Positions 46,819 through 57,159 of a stretch of 64,000 nucleotides of DNA are shown here, piece by piece; position 1 is the stretch's first letter; every line of letters starts with the position of its first letter. The translations under genes and the position numbers were made by a program. The stretch comes from a virus (Duplodnaviria; Caudoviricetes): IMG/VR virus record IMGVR_UViG_3300034175_000069; one strand, 5' to 3'. The notes under the pieces were generated by a model. That model saw only the letters and a program-made list of their open reading frames with translations. It had not been told where the DNA came from and ran no database searches.

Positions 46819-49800
46819 GTGGCAATCGTCGGGACAGCGTTCGTCCGGCTGAAGGTCATCGGCGACACCCTGGCCAACGACATCGGCAAGTCCGTCAAGC
46901 AGTCCGTCGATGCCTCCTCCGCCGACCTGGACAAGGCCGGGGAGGACGTAGGCAAGAAGGTCAGCGACAGCACCGGCAAGGCGCTGGGCGACGGCATCAA
47001 CGAGAAGATGGGCCCGCTCGCGGACTCCATCGGCGACCAGATCGGTCGCCGCATGGGCGAGAACATGAACAAGAGCCTGCGGGTCAAGGTCGTCTCGGCC
47101 GTGACCAACAGCTTCGAGTCCGCCAAGACCGAGGTCCAGGGCTTCGGCGAGAAGTTCAAGCCCTCCATCGACAAGTTCACGACGGACTTCAAGAAGCAGA
47201 CCGAGGGCGGCCTGAAGAAGGCGCTCTCCGGGTCGCTGTTCGCCATGCTCGGCACGGCGATCACCGTGCTGCCCTCGATGGTCGCCTTCGGTGGCGCGGT
47301 CGCCGGTGCACTGGTGTCAACCGTCATCACCGGGCTGGCAGCGCTGGGTCCAGCGGTAGCCGGTGGCGCGCTCGCGGCGGTAGGCGGGCTCGCTGCGATC
47401 ACCATCAGCATGGGCCTGCTGAAGGCCGCGATGGACGTGCAGTCCCCCGCGATGGAGGTCTTCCGGGGCAACCTGCTGAACCTGAAGACGGCGTTCGCCG
47501 AGCCCGTGGCCGCTGGCCTGGCGACAGCTGCGCCCGCGCTCCAGCAGATGTCCGACCAGCTGTTCCCTGCCCTGAACCTCCAGCTGGAGACCCTGGGCTT
47601 CGTCGCGGCCGGGATCATCCAGGACTTCGCCGACATGGCCACCACCTCGGCCAACGTCGAGCGGCTGAACACCGTCCTGGCCAACAACAACACCTTCGTG
47701 GCCGGGGCCGGGGCCGGGATGGTCGGCTTCGCCCAGGCCGCGCTGATCCTGTTGTCCCACCTGGGCCCGGTGACCGACTTCCTGGGCCAGGGGATCCAGG
47801 ATCTGGGCGAGTGGGCCGCCCGGACGATGGGTGCCGCTGAGGCCACCGGTGCCCTGGACGGCTTCATCACCCGATCGTTCGACGCGCTGCGCTACTTCGT
47901 CGGCATCCTGTGGGACTTCGGCGCGGGCGTGGTCAACGTCTTCAAGGCCGCCTTCGGGGCCAGCGGCGGGATGCTGACCAACCTGCACGACGTGGCCGCG
48001 TCGTTCCGGGCATGGACCGGGGACGAGACCAACCAGACCCGGATGACCGCCTTCTTCGAGAAGATGCGGGACATCGCGGGGCAGGTGCTGGACATCTTCA
48101 TCCCGCTCGGCAAGGCCGGGCTGGGGGCCCTGGAGGACACCGACCTCACCGCCGTGACCCAGGGCCTGGACGGGCTGAAGGCTCTCGGCCCGCCGATCGC
48201 GCAGATGTTCAACAGCATCAAGGACGCCGCTGGCCCGGCGCTGATGGACACCTTCCTGAACCTGGTCCAGGTCATCACGCAGCTGGCCGATAGCGGCGTG
48301 CTCTCAGCTCTGACCGGCGCGTTCTCCAACCTGCTGGCGATCATCTCCGCCGTGCTGGCCATCCCCGGGGTGGGTCAGCTGCTGGCCTTCGTGGCCGGGC
48401 TCGCGGTGATGATGAAGACGGTCATGCTGGTCGTGAACGTCCTGAAGCTGCTCTGGCCTGCGATCCAGCTGATCATCGGCATCATCCGGGTGCTGGCTGC
48501 CGTCTTCGGTGGCATCCCGCTGGCCATCGCGGCTGTCGTGATCGCCCTGGTCTGGTTCCTGACCCAGACCGAGACCGGGCGCGCGATCCTGGCTGCCGCC
48601 TGGAACGCCATCAAGGTGGCCATCAGCGCGGCCATCGACGGACTGGTCATCGCTTTCAACTGGCTGGTCGAGGCCTTCACGACCGCCTGGAACGCGATCA
48701 CGAGCTTCCTGAGCGGGCTGGGCGGCTGGTTCGCCGGGGTCTTCGCCACGATCGGCGCGGCCATCTCCACCGCGTGGAACGCCGCGCTGGCCTTCATCTC
48801 CGGGCCGATCGGCGCGATCCGGGACTTCATCGTCTCGGTCTTCAACGGGATCCTGGGCTTCATCCAGATGATCTTCAACGCCTACCTGCTGGTCATCACG
48901 ACGGTCTTCACGGCGATCTGGGGCTTCATCCAGCCGATCCTGACGGCCATCGGCGGCTTCTTCGTCGCGGTCTTCAACGGGATCATGGCCGTGGTCCAGG
49001 GCTTCGTGAACGTGCTCTACGAGATCTGGATCCGGGTCTTCCCGCTGCTGCTGCTGCCGATCCGGATCTTCTACGGCGTCGTGATCTTGATCTGGCAGGA
49101 ACTGTCGGCCGCCGTGACCGCCGTGGTCCAGGTGCTCTGGGACTGGATCCAGGCCGCCTGGACCGCGATCTACGACGCGGTGAGCGCGACGGTGCAGGCC
49201 ATCTCGGACTTCGTCATCGGGGTCTGGAACGCGATCTGGGGCTTCCTCCAGCCGATCATCCAGGCGATCTGGGACTTCATCGTCTCGGCCTGGAACGGGA
49301 TGAAGGACGCCGTCGGGGCAGCGATCCAGGCGATCAGCGATGTCGTCCACTCGGTCTGGGATGCGATCTCCGGCTTCATCAACACCGTCGTCGGCGCGAT
49401 CGTGGACTTCGTCCAGGGCCGCTGGGAGATCATGCGCGGCAACATCGAGACCGCGCTGAACGCGATCAAGGGCGTTGTCGAGTCGATCTGGAACGGGATC
49501 TCCGGCTTCATCGGGACCGTCATCGGTGGGATCTCCACTGCGATCTCCACGGTCTGGACCGGCATCTCCACTGCGATCAGCACCGCGATGGGGACCGCCA
49601 AGTCCACCATCGAGACGGTCTGGGGCAACATCGAGGGCTTCATCCAGGGCGCTCTGGACCGGATCAAGGGCCTGATCAACGCGGTCTGGGGCACGATCGG
49701 CGACATCGGCGAGGGCATCCTGGACGGCCTGAAGACGGCGGCCAACGGGATGATCAGCACGGTGAACGGCGTGATCAGCGGCCTGAACGCCGCCATCGGC

Positions 49801-50136
49801 GTGGCCAACATGCTGCCCGGTGCGGACATCCCGACCATCCCGAAGATCCCGCTGCTGGCCAAGGGCGGAACCATCTCCCCGCTGGGTGGCGGCACGCTGG
49901 CGATGATCGCCGAGGCCGGACGGCCGGAGCGCGTCGAGCCGCTGGACTCCTCGGGCTTGTCAACCAGAGACCGGGCGATCATCAACCTCCTGGCCGACGG
50001 TTCTGGCGGGGGCAGCGGCGGCACGGACGTGCGCGTCTACATCGGTGAGCGGGAGCTGACGGAGATCATCGACGTGGTGGTGGAGGACCGAGAGGACTCC
50101 TTGGCAGGTCGCGTGCTGACCGGGACGAAGGGGTAG
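46819..50136 (+). CDS. Tape measure protein
   Basis: About 1105 aa, MAIVGTAFVR start, Trp/Ile 11-residue repeats, C-terminal IP.LA.GG...A.I.EAG.PE...PL. Confidence 0.93.
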   Translation: MAIVGTAFVRLKVIGDTLANDIGKSVKQSVDASSADLDKAGEDVGKKVSDSTGKALGDGINEKMGPLADSIGDQIGRRMGENMNKSLRVKVVSAVTNSFESAKTEVQGFGEKFKPSIDKFTTDFKKQTEGGLKKALSGSLFAMLGTAITVLPSMVAFGGAVAGALVSTVITGLAALGPAVAGGALAAVGGLAAITISMGLLKAAMDVQSPAMEVFRGNLLNLKTAFAEPVAAGLATAAPALQQMSDQLFPALNLQLETLGFVAAGIIQDFADMATTSANVERLNTVLANNNTFVAGAGAGMVGFAQAALILLSHLGPVTDFLGQGIQDLGEWAARTMGAAEATGALDGFITRSFDALRYFVGILWDFGAGVVNVFKAAFGASGGMLTNLHDVAASFRAWTGDETNQTRMTAFFEKMRDIAGQVLDIFIPLGKAGLGALEDTDLTAVTQGLDGLKALGPPIAQMFNSIKDAAGPALMDTFLNLVQVITQLADSGVLSALTGAFSNLLAIISAVLAIPGVGQLLAFVAGLAVMMKTVMLVVNVLKLLWPAIQLIIGIIRVLAAVFGGIPLAIAAVVIALVWFLTQTETGRAILAAAWNAIKVAISAAIDGLVIAFNWLVEAFTTAWNAITSFLSGLGGWFAGVFATIGAAISTAWNAALAFISGPIGAIRDFIVSVFNGILGFIQMIFNAYLLVITTVFTAIWGFIQPILTAIGGFFVAVFNGIMAVVQGFVNVLYEIWIRVFPLLLLPIRIFYGVVILIWQELSAAVTAVVQVLWDWIQAAWTAIYDAVSATVQAISDFVIGVWNAIWGFLQPIIQAIWDFIVSAWNGMKDAVGAAIQAISDVVHSVWDAISGFINTVVGAIVDFVQGRWEIMRGNIETALNAIKGVVESIWNGISGFIGTVIGGISTAISTVWTGISTAISTAMGTAKSTIETVWGNIEGFIQGALDRIKGLINAVWGTIGDIGEGILDGLKTAANGMISTVNGVISGLNAAIGVANMLPGADIPTIPKIPLLAKGGTISPLGGGTLAMIAEAGRPERVEPLDSSGLSTRDRAIINLLADGSGGGSGGTDVRVYIGERELTEIIDVVVEDREDSLAGRVLTGTKG

Positions 50137-50139
50137 GTC

Positions 50140-51726
50140 GTGGCTGGTCAGGAAGCTGTTGTCGCACGTGCTGATCTGATGCGCGGGATGATCCGGGTGC
50201 TCGGCCAGGGTGTCCCGGCCGGTCAGGTGCGGCTCACCCGCTCGGAGAAGACCGGCGGTGCCCCGGTGCTCATCCGGAGCGGGGACTTCACGCAGGAGGA
50301 GACCGGGGGCTTCATCCGGCAGGACCCGGAGCCGCCGTTCGGCCGGGAGCTGATCTACCAGGCGACCCTGGAGGTCGCCAACCGCCACCTCCAGTCCAAC
50401 CGGATCCTGAACCCGAAGGCCACGAACGGCACGGACAACTGGTTGACAGGGACCGGCCGGACGATCGCGCAGGAGACCGCCCCCGAGCTGGCGCTCGGCG
50501 GGTCGATCAGGACTTCGTTCCGGATCAGCCGCAACGACCCCGGGATGCGGACCGGCACGCTGGCCGACCGGACGCTGGCCACCACCCTCCCGGCGGACTT
50601 CGGGCCCGGCCGCTGGTTCTTCTCCGGCCGGATCCGCTACACGAACCCCGACATCTGGCTGTGGAACGACGTGAAGGGCCAGGGGACCTGGGGGGACCTC
50701 CGGGGGCGGGGAACCTGGCAGCAGGTCGCCACGGGTACCAACAGCGGCAACCTGCCCTTCGTGACCGTCTGGGCCGCCGTGCTGTCCCCGGTGGGCGCAG
50801 TGGTCGTCGCGCCCTTCCAGGTGCTCGGCGTGCGCGCGAACGGCGCGGGCAACTGGCTGTCCTTCCAGGCCTGGGTGGACGTGCCGAAGTCGGCCCCGGC
50901 CGGGTCCCGGCTGGTCCTGCTCCACGGCCAGGCGCTCCGTGAGTACTTCACCTCGTGGTGGCTGACCACGGTCATGGTCACGCCGGAGTCCGAGATGTCC
51001 CTGGGCGCTGCGCTGACCTACTTCGACGGCGACAGCGCCGTCCCGGTGAACTCCGGGGCCTACTTCGCACCCGGGTACAACTGGGCCACCGTCACCCGCG
51101 ACGCCACGATGGCCTGGAACGGGACCCCGAACGCCAGCGTCTCGGTCTTCACCGGGCCGTCGGTCATCTCCTCCAAGACCTCGGTCACGGTCACCCGGCC
51201 TTCGCGCAGGGATCTGCCACTGAAGCTGCCGGTCTACCTGTCCGACCCGGTGTCGGCCACCCTCGGGGTCTGGTTCGAGCTGCTGGGTCTCGCGCCGCTG
51301 TCCTTCACCGCGCGGGCGACCCTCTACGACGTGCTCAACCGTGGGGCCAAGGTCGCCGTCAGCCAGCGGCGGGCCTGGGCGTCGGGGCAGTTCACCTTCC
51401 TGACCAAGACGCTGGCCGAGGCCGCCGAGGCCGAGCGCATGTTCGACCCCGGCCGGATCCTTTTCTTCCGCAACCCGGACGTGCGGTTCCCGGAGTCGGA
51501 CTGGTACCTGCACATCGGGGACGTGACCAGCGACCGGATCGGGCCGCACTTCGGGCCCAACCCCGAGCGGGTCTGGGTCGTGCCGTTCGTGCGGGTCGAG
51601 CGCCCGGTGGGCCTGATCGAGGCCGCCTCGGTGGCCACCTGGACCACGGTCAAGCAGGTCTACGACACGTGGGGTGCGCTGAAGGACGAGGGCCTGTGGG
51701 CCGATGTCTCGCTGGGTTCTGCATGA
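50140..51726 (+). CDS. Minor tail protein (distal tail/baseplate hub with inserted domain)
   Basis: Position after the tape measure; D.EPPFG...Y motif and C-terminal hub segment. Confidence 0.7.
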   Translation: MAGQEAVVARADLMRGMIRVLGQGVPAGQVRLTRSEKTGGAPVLIRSGDFTQEETGGFIRQDPEPPFGRELIYQATLEVANRHLQSNRILNPKATNGTDNWLTGTGRTIAQETAPELALGGSIRTSFRISRNDPGMRTGTLADRTLATTLPADFGPGRWFFSGRIRYTNPDIWLWNDVKGQGTWGDLRGRGTWQQVATGTNSGNLPFVTVWAAVLSPVGAVVVAPFQVLGVRANGAGNWLSFQAWVDVPKSAPAGSRLVLLHGQALREYFTSWWLTTVMVTPESEMSLGAALTYFDGDSAVPVNSGAYFAPGYNWATVTRDATMAWNGTPNASVSVFTGPSVISSKTSVTVTRPSRRDLPLKLPVYLSDPVSATLGVWFELLGLAPLSFTARATLYDVLNRGAKVAVSQRRAWASGQFTFLTKTLAEAAEAERMFDPGRILFFRNPDVRFPESDWYLHIGDVTSDRIGPHFGPNPERVWVVPFVRVERPVGLIEAASVATWTTVKQVYDTWGALKDEGLWADVSLGSA

Positions 51727-52847
51727 TCCCCGGGACCGCCCTGTTCAAGGACGCCTTGCGCTACTCCCGCACCGTCGTCACCGAGATGGACATCCTCTAC
51801 GGCGACCGCGTGCTGGAGAACGACGTGCCGGTGGTGACCGGGTCCGTGTCAACCGACCGGACCCGCAATACCCGGTACGAGGCGTCCGTCGAGATGGCCA
51901 TGTACCCCTGGGACTCCCTGCCGCTGAACGCCCTGGGCACCCGGGTGGAGCTGCGGTACGGGCTCTCCTCGATCGGGACCAAGGAGGTCGTCCCGGTCGG
52001 GGAGTACCAGGTCTTCGACTACAAGCGCACGAACCGGGGCTCGCTCTCCCTGACCCTGAAGGGCCTGGAGAACTACGTCATCGAGTCCACGTTCCTCTCG
52101 CCCCGGACGCCGCCCTACGGGATGTCCACGATCACCGCGATCAAGAACCTGGTCCGCGAGGTCGGGGCGCTGAAGAACGTCGAGTTCGTCGTCCTGTGCA
52201 GCCGGGACAAGAAGGTCCAGGCCACCGCGCCCTGGGACACCGACCGCTGGGCCGCGATCACGCAGCTGGCCACCTCGATCCAGGCCGAGGTCTGGGCCGG
52301 GCACGACGGCCGGTTCTACATCACCGACATGCCGGTGCTGTCCAAGCTGGTCAGCGCCTTCCAGGTCGCCGGTGGCGAGGGCGGGGTGCTGGTCGATGAG
52401 TCCCGGTCGAGCACCCGGGACCAGGTCTACAACGCCGTCTCGGTCTCCGGCACCTCCTCCGACACCGAGACCCCGCCGGTCTACGCCTACGCCTTCGACA
52501 ACCGGCCGGACAGCCCGACGTACTTCTACGGGCCCTACGGCCAGCGGGTCAGGTACTACTCCAGCCAGTTCTTCACCACGGCCGCGCAGTGCCAGAACTA
52601 CGCCAACCTGCTGCTGGGGGAGTCCCTGGCCACGAACAACACGCTGTCCATCGGGGCGCTGCCGATCCCGTTCCTGGAGGGCGGGGACGCCGTCCGGATC
52701 GTCTCCGAGCAGGACCCCGGCAGGGTCGAGACCTTCCTGATCCAGAAGACCGCGCTGGGCATGGGCACCGGGGCCTGGTCCGCTGACGTGCTGACCACGA
52801 ACGAGGACTTCAGCAACAACGACGGCCAGCAGAACGGGGTTGGCTGA
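51723..52847 (+). CDS. Minor tail protein (DUF5047-like)
   Basis: VSTDRT...R, VPVG.Y, W..I..LA.SI.AE.W....G.F, SR..VYNAV...G, FYGP.G. Confidence 0.8.
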   Translation: MIPGTALFKDALRYSRTVVTEMDILYGDRVLENDVPVVTGSVSTDRTRNTRYEASVEMAMYPWDSLPLNALGTRVELRYGLSSIGTKEVVPVGEYQVFDYKRTNRGSLSLTLKGLENYVIESTFLSPRTPPYGMSTITAIKNLVREVGALKNVEFVVLCSRDKKVQATAPWDTDRWAAITQLATSIQAEVWAGHDGRFYITDMPVLSKLVSAFQVAGGEGGVLVDESRSSTRDQVYNAVSVSGTSSDTETPPVYAYAFDNRPDSPTYFYGPYGQRVRYYSSQFFTTAAQCQNYANLLLGESLATNNTLSIGALPIPFLEGGDAVRIVSEQDPGRVETFLIQKTALGMGTGAWSADVLTTNEDFSNNDGQQNGVG

Positions 52848-53569
52848 TGCCTGACCTGGGAGCCCTCCTGGCCAGCCTGGGGGACAACGGGGCCACCCTG
52901 ACCAAGGGCCTGATCATCAGCGTCCAGACGGGCACGCTGACGGTCTCAGTGCGCGGCGGCCAGTTCACCCGGGTGCCCTACATGCAGGGTGCCTGGGTGC
53001 CGGTCGCTGGCCAGTACGTCTACCTGCTGGCCCAGCAGGACTTCGGGATGATCGCGCTCGGATCCCCGACCCCCACGGGCGGGGCGGCACCGGACCCGGG
53101 CATCCCGACGGTGCTGGCGATCGACCCGCTGACGATGTCCAACTGGCAGGTCTCCGATGCCTACCCGCAGGGCCACTGGGTGGACCTGGCCGGAACGCTT
53201 GTGCAGTCGGCCCAGCAGGCCAGCTCGGGCGTCTGGTTCTACAGCCCGGCCGCGCTGGCCGGGATGGCGAACCTCTCGCTCGGCCAGTTCGAGGTCGAGC
53301 TGATGGTGGAGTCCGGCGGCTTCGTGGAGCTGACCCTGCACAAGACGACGCCGGGCGGCCCGTCGCCGGTTGACACGGTCGAGCTGCCGGTGATGGAGCA
53401 GAGCCGGTCCTTCCCGGTCTCCGGCGTCGGCAACACCAGCTGGATCCCGCTGCCGCTGCACTGGTCGGAGCTGCTGTCCTCGGGGGTGGCCAGCGGGATC
53501 ATGGCCCGCTCGGTGCTCTACGACGCCCGCCTGTTCGGGCATGGAACGCTGCGGGTCACCTCTCTGTGA
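52847..53569 (+). CDS. Minor tail protein
   Basis: TGATG coupling; OB-fold-like N-terminus. Confidence 0.65.
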   Translation: MPDLGALLASLGDNGATLTKGLIISVQTGTLTVSVRGGQFTRVPYMQGAWVPVAGQYVYLLAQQDFGMIALGSPTPTGGAAPDPGIPTVLAIDPLTMSNWQVSDAYPQGHWVDLAGTLVQSAQQASSGVWFYSPAALAGMANLSLGQFEVELMVESGGFVELTLHKTTPGGPSPVDTVELPVMEQSRSFPVSGVGNTSWIPLPLHWSELLSSGVASGIMARSVLYDARLFGHGTLRVTSL

Positions 53570-53619
53570 CACCCTGAACACCGTGCGGCGCAGGCCGCCA
53601 GACTGAAGGAGAACCCCTG

Positions 53620-54405
53620 GTGAAGCTGCTGGACGCCGCCGAGGTCAAGCCCGGCACCGGAGACTGGACGCGCGGCTGGGACACCGAGCAGCGCGGCTGT
53701 GGAGGGCTCTCGATCTTCCTGTCCGAGTGCGACCCGGAGGTCACGGCCGATGTGGTCGGGGACGCGGAGAACCTGGATGCCGACGAGAACTGCGGCTACC
53801 GGGTGATCCCCTTCGGCTTCGTGGCCACGATGGTGCGCAACACCCGGGCAGCCCGGGACGACGACGAGCAGTGGCTGGCCAACACGCTGCGGGACAACGC
53901 CGAGATCCCCGTCAGCCGGGGCCTGCTGGTCCGTCAGGGCATCGCCGACACCTGGATCGGCAACCCGGACGTGGACGAGGTCCCAGCCCCGGCTCCGGGC
54001 GACAACGACGCCCTGGCCACGGCCATCACCGACGCGCGCCGGTTGTTCTTCGGCAAGACCTTCGGGCTCCAGCCGATCCTGCACACGAACCCGACCTCAG
54101 CCATCCGGCTGCGCAAGGCCGGTGTCATCGAGCTGGATCCGGCCAACGGCGAGGACCGCACGCCCTGGGGTGACCCGGTGGTCATCTCGGCGGGCTACTA
54201 CGACATCCCCGGGCTCTCCCCGGTGCCCCCGGCCTTCTTCACCGGCCCGATCGAGATCACGCTGTCCGATGTCAACGCGGAGGACATCGTCCGCTCGGTC
54301 CGCCGGAACAAGGTCATGTACCAGACCACGATGATGGCCGCGATCGACACCGCGCCGTGCGCGATGGTCCGGATCGGTGCTGCTCCCGGCCCGGTCGCCC
54401 CGTAA
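53620..54405 (+). CDS. Major capsid pentamer protein-like
   Basis: W..G....GC...C, PF..VA, L....E..V.R.L, RTP.G..VV...GY, TG...I...R..N pattern resembles cluster-B pentamer capsid proteins as I recall them. Confidence 0.6.
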   Translation: MKLLDAAEVKPGTGDWTRGWDTEQRGCGGLSIFLSECDPEVTADVVGDAENLDADENCGYRVIPFGFVATMVRNTRAARDDDEQWLANTLRDNAEIPVSRGLLVRQGIADTWIGNPDVDEVPAPAPGDNDALATAITDARRLFFGKTFGLQPILHTNPTSAIRLRKAGVIELDPANGEDRTPWGDPVVISAGYYDIPGLSPVPPAFFTGPIEITLSDVNAEDIVRSVRRNKVMYQTTMMAAIDTAPCAMVRIGAAPGPVAP

Positions 54406-54453
54406 CGGGTGAGACGGCCCGGCGCTGTTGAGTCCGGACGCTATTCTCAGGCC

Positions 54454-54759
54454 ATGACGAAGATCGAGTTGCGGGAGCCTCCGGCTCGGTCGGCACCCGG
54501 CCGTCGCCCGCTCATGCCGCTGGACGTGCGGATCCTGGAGATCGCCACCGAGGCCATGCGCCCAATGGAGATCACCCGGGTCCTGGCGGAGGAGGGCACC
54601 CACCCGGGCATCAACACCCAGCGGGTCGCCAGCCGCCTGAAGTCCCTCGTGGACCGAGGGATGATGACCCGGATCCGGCCAGCGGGCGGTCCGGCCAACG
54701 GGCCCGGCACCAGCCTGTACCGGGTCAAGACCGAGGGGGACAGCTCCAGCGATGGGTGA
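54454..54759 (+). CDS. Winged-helix DNA-binding protein, leaderless
   Basis: LDVRILEIA...PMEITRVL...TQRVASRLKSLVDRGMMTR...LYRV; promoter GTTGAGT-8-TATTCT-6-ATG. Confidence 0.75.
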   Translation: MTKIELREPPARSAPGRRPLMPLDVRILEIATEAMRPMEITRVLAEEGTHPGINTQRVASRLKSLVDRGMMTRIRPAGGPANGPGTSLYRVKTEGDSSSDG

Positions 54760-55282
54760 GGTAGGCCTGCGCACGGTCCGGGACGGCCAGCGCGTGCTGC
54801 GCTTCCAGGCCGCCGTGATCGGCGCGGCCACCTCCCAGCGCGGCAGCTCCCCGCGCTGGAGTGAGCTGGTCGTCTACCGGATGGTGGACGGCCACTACCT
54901 GATCTCGAAGATCGGGCGCTCCACCGTGGCCCACCAGCCGACCTGCCTGCGTGTCAACCACCGCATGGTGCCCTGGTCGAAGGCTGCCGCGTTCGGTGAG
55001 GACTCCGTCCAGCGGGTGCCGTGCCCGGACTGCCGCCCCGAGCTGGGCCACGGCATCGCGCCGGACACGATGCTGGAGGTCACCCGCTACCGCGCCATCC
55101 TCTGCCAGACAGCAGAAAGCGCCGCCGAGTCCCTGATGGGGGATCGGGCGGCGCTGCTCATGCCTCAGATCGTGCAGACGGTGCTGGCTCAGTGCTCGGA
55201 GTCGGACCCGAACTTCTCCAGGTACGCCGAGGCGGACACCGCGCTGCCCAGGGCCTGGGAGAACACGACCCGCACCCCGTAG
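54752..55282 (+). CDS. hypothetical protein (CPDC, possible Zn site)
   Basis: Overlaps the wHTH stop; GC3 bias. Confidence 0.7.
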   Translation: MGEVGLRTVRDGQRVLRFQAAVIGAATSQRGSSPRWSELVVYRMVDGHYLISKIGRSTVAHQPTCLRVNHRMVPWSKAAAFGEDSVQRVPCPDCRPELGHGIAPDTMLEVTRYRAILCQTAESAAESLMGDRAALLMPQIVQTVLAQCSESDPNFSRYAEADTALPRAWENTTRTP

Positions 55283-55584
55283 CCGCTCTGGACGCCCGCT
55301 GCGAACACCTCGCGGGTCTCGGGCTCCATGACGGTCTCCGAGAGCTTCAGGATCGTCCTGGCGGCGTCTGCGTCGAGGTCCCCGCCGTCGTCCAGCGTTT
55401 CGCACAGCGCGCGCAGGTCGGCGGGCACCGGTTCGGTGCAGACGGCCCGCAGGATCTCGGCCATTTCGTCAATCCCGACGCCGGTCCAGGGGGCGTTCTC
55501 CTTGGCCCAGAACCGCCACGAGGTGAAGTTCTCCTCGCGCCGGGTCCAGGTCTCGGGGTGGTTCGTGTGGACTGCGTAGGCCAT
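55189..55584 (-). CDS. hypothetical protein
   Basis: RBS GGAGG before ATG 55584; 3' end overlaps the convergent gene. Confidence 0.55.
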   Translation of the reverse strand: MAYAVHTNHPETWTRREENFTSWRFWAKENAPWTGVGIDEMAEILRAVCTEPVPADLRALCETLDDGGDLDADAARTILKLSETVMEPETREVFAAGVQSGYGVRVVFSQALGSAVSASAYLEKFGSDSEH

Positions 55585-55642
55585 CGGGAGGCCTCCTCTC
55601 TCGTCGTCGTGTAGTTGACATCGGCAAGAATACTCGATGCCT

Positions 55643-56285
55643 TTAGCGCTGGGTCTGCGGTTCACCCTTCCGGGCCACGCGGTAGGTCTGGGCGACCAGT
55701 GCCACCAGCGTCAGCGCCAGGCGCTCCAGGGCCCGCGTGCGCAGTGTGCCGGGCCCGTCCTGCTTCCGCCCGTGCTCGATGTCGCGGCGGACCTTCTTGC
55801 CCCAGTAGTCCAGGGACCAGACGCCCCAGTAGAGGTCGCTGCGGACGTTGGCCCACCAGCTGGGTCGCGGGGTGTCCGGCGTCCAGACGGTGCCGTAGTC
55901 GTGCATCCCGTTGACGACCGGCGGGGGTCCGTCCAGGCCCATGAGCTGCCAGGCGGGGATCTGCTTCTTGGCCATGTCAGGCCTCCTTGCCGGGTCGGCG
56001 ACCGACCACGTTGATGACGATGGGCGGGCGGGGTGCCACGACGAACTCGGCCAGCTCGGCGTCGTCCTCCACGACCCACAGCGGTTCCCCGCAGTCGTCG
56101 CAGATGAGCACGACGCGGGGGACGACCTCGTTGAGGCGGAGCCGCCCGTCGCCGGGAGCGTGAGAGGAGACGCGGGCGTGCAGCGTCCAGCTCACCTTCC
56201 CCTCGCACGTCGGATCCGGGCAGTGGTCAGGGGGGGAGTCAGTCGCGGCGGCGCGACGCTGAGCGGTGTCGAGAACAGCGGGCAT
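55643..56285 (-). other. Two small hypothetical genes (55643-55975, 55977-56285 with CPDPTC/CDDC)
   Basis: Adjacent GC3-biased ORFs. Confidence 0.6.
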
Positions 56286-56305
56286 GGCGGTCTCCTTCAG
56301 GGGTT

Positions 56306-56339
56306 GAGCCCGGCCCCGGCGTGAACCGGGACCGGGCTC
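56306..56339 (-). terminator. Terminator-like hairpin after 56353-57051
   Basis: GAGCCCGG(C)CCCGG...CCGGG(A)CCGGGCTC imperfect inverted repeat. Confidence 0.55.
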
Positions 56340-56352
56340 GGGGTGGAGTGGA

Positions 56353-57051
56353 TCAGGACCAGTAGGTGGCGCAGACCGGGCCGATGCCGTTGGCGACCGA
56401 GACCGGGTCGGTGAGCGTCGCGCCGCAGCGGACGCAGAACCCGACCGCCTTGCCCTTGGCGGCGGCCTGGTCCTGGCTCAGCGGCTTGATGCCCGCCTGC
56501 ACAGCGGCGACCAGCGCGCCGGGGACCCAGATGGTCTTCGTGACCTCGGTCTTGTTGTAGCCCTTGCCCGCGTAGGGCACGAAGGTGGCCTCGATCTTGG
56601 CGGCCTTCGTGGTGCTCCCGGCGGTGCCGTAGGCCTTCTTCCAGCTGCCCTTCTTCTTGCCGTCCCAGGTGGTGGTGATGTGCAGCTGGCGGAGGATCGG
56701 GTAGGCGTCCTTGCCGGTGATGTCCCAGTAGAACAGCGTGCCGTCCACCTCGTAGTAGCCGAAGGCCGGGCACTCGGTGAGGACCGGAGCGGCCGGGATG
56801 ACCGGCTGAGCCACAGCGCCGGTGAAGACGGGGATCTGGATCAGCTTGGCGGTGGGCTGCGTGGTCTTGATCGGCGCGGCCAGCAGCGCGGTGATCCACT
56901 CGCTGGCCTGGCCCTTCTGGCACCCGCCGAGGCGGCTGACGAAGCGGTACTTCTCGCACACGTCGGGCAGGTCGCGCTTGACTACCAGGTCGTTCAGGAA
57001 GCTGATCTGGGCGGCGGTGGCGGGCTCGGTGGGGTTCTTGATCTGCGGCAT
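56353..57051 (-). CDS. DUF6011-containing protein, leaderless
   Basis: C-terminal G.C.RCG..LTDP.S...GIGPVC; N-terminal AT..QI.FL..L...R; promoter TTGACA-17-CATACT-6. Confidence 0.8.
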   Translation of the reverse strand: MPQIKNPTEPATAAQISFLNDLVVKRDLPDVCEKYRFVSRLGGCQKGQASEWITALLAAPIKTTQPTAKLIQIPVFTGAVAQPVIPAAPVLTECPAFGYYEVDGTLFYWDITGKDAYPILRQLHITTTWDGKKKGSWKKAYGTAGSTTKAAKIEATFVPYAGKGYNKTEVTKTIWVPGALVAAVQAGIKPLSQDQAAAKGKAVGFCVRCGATLTDPVSVANGIGPVCATYWS

Positions 57052-57108
57052 GAGAGAAGTATGCACCCTCGTGTCAACAGTGTCAACAAGCAACACGCCG
57101 GAACGGCA

Positions 57109-57140
57109 GAAGCCCCCCGATCGAGTGATCGAGGGGCTTC
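57109..57140 (-). terminator. Terminator-like hairpin
   Basis: GAAGCCCC...GATC...GATC...GGGGCTTC inverted repeat. Confidence 0.6.
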
Positions 57141-57159
57141 CGTCACAGCTGGATCGAGG

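Noticed and set aside
23874-53375. Treating every TTGACA as a sigma-A -35 promoter
   Set aside because: Most intragenic copies have no -10 at 16-18 bp, occur in both orientations, and keep the extra 5' G, so a 7-bp site explains them better.
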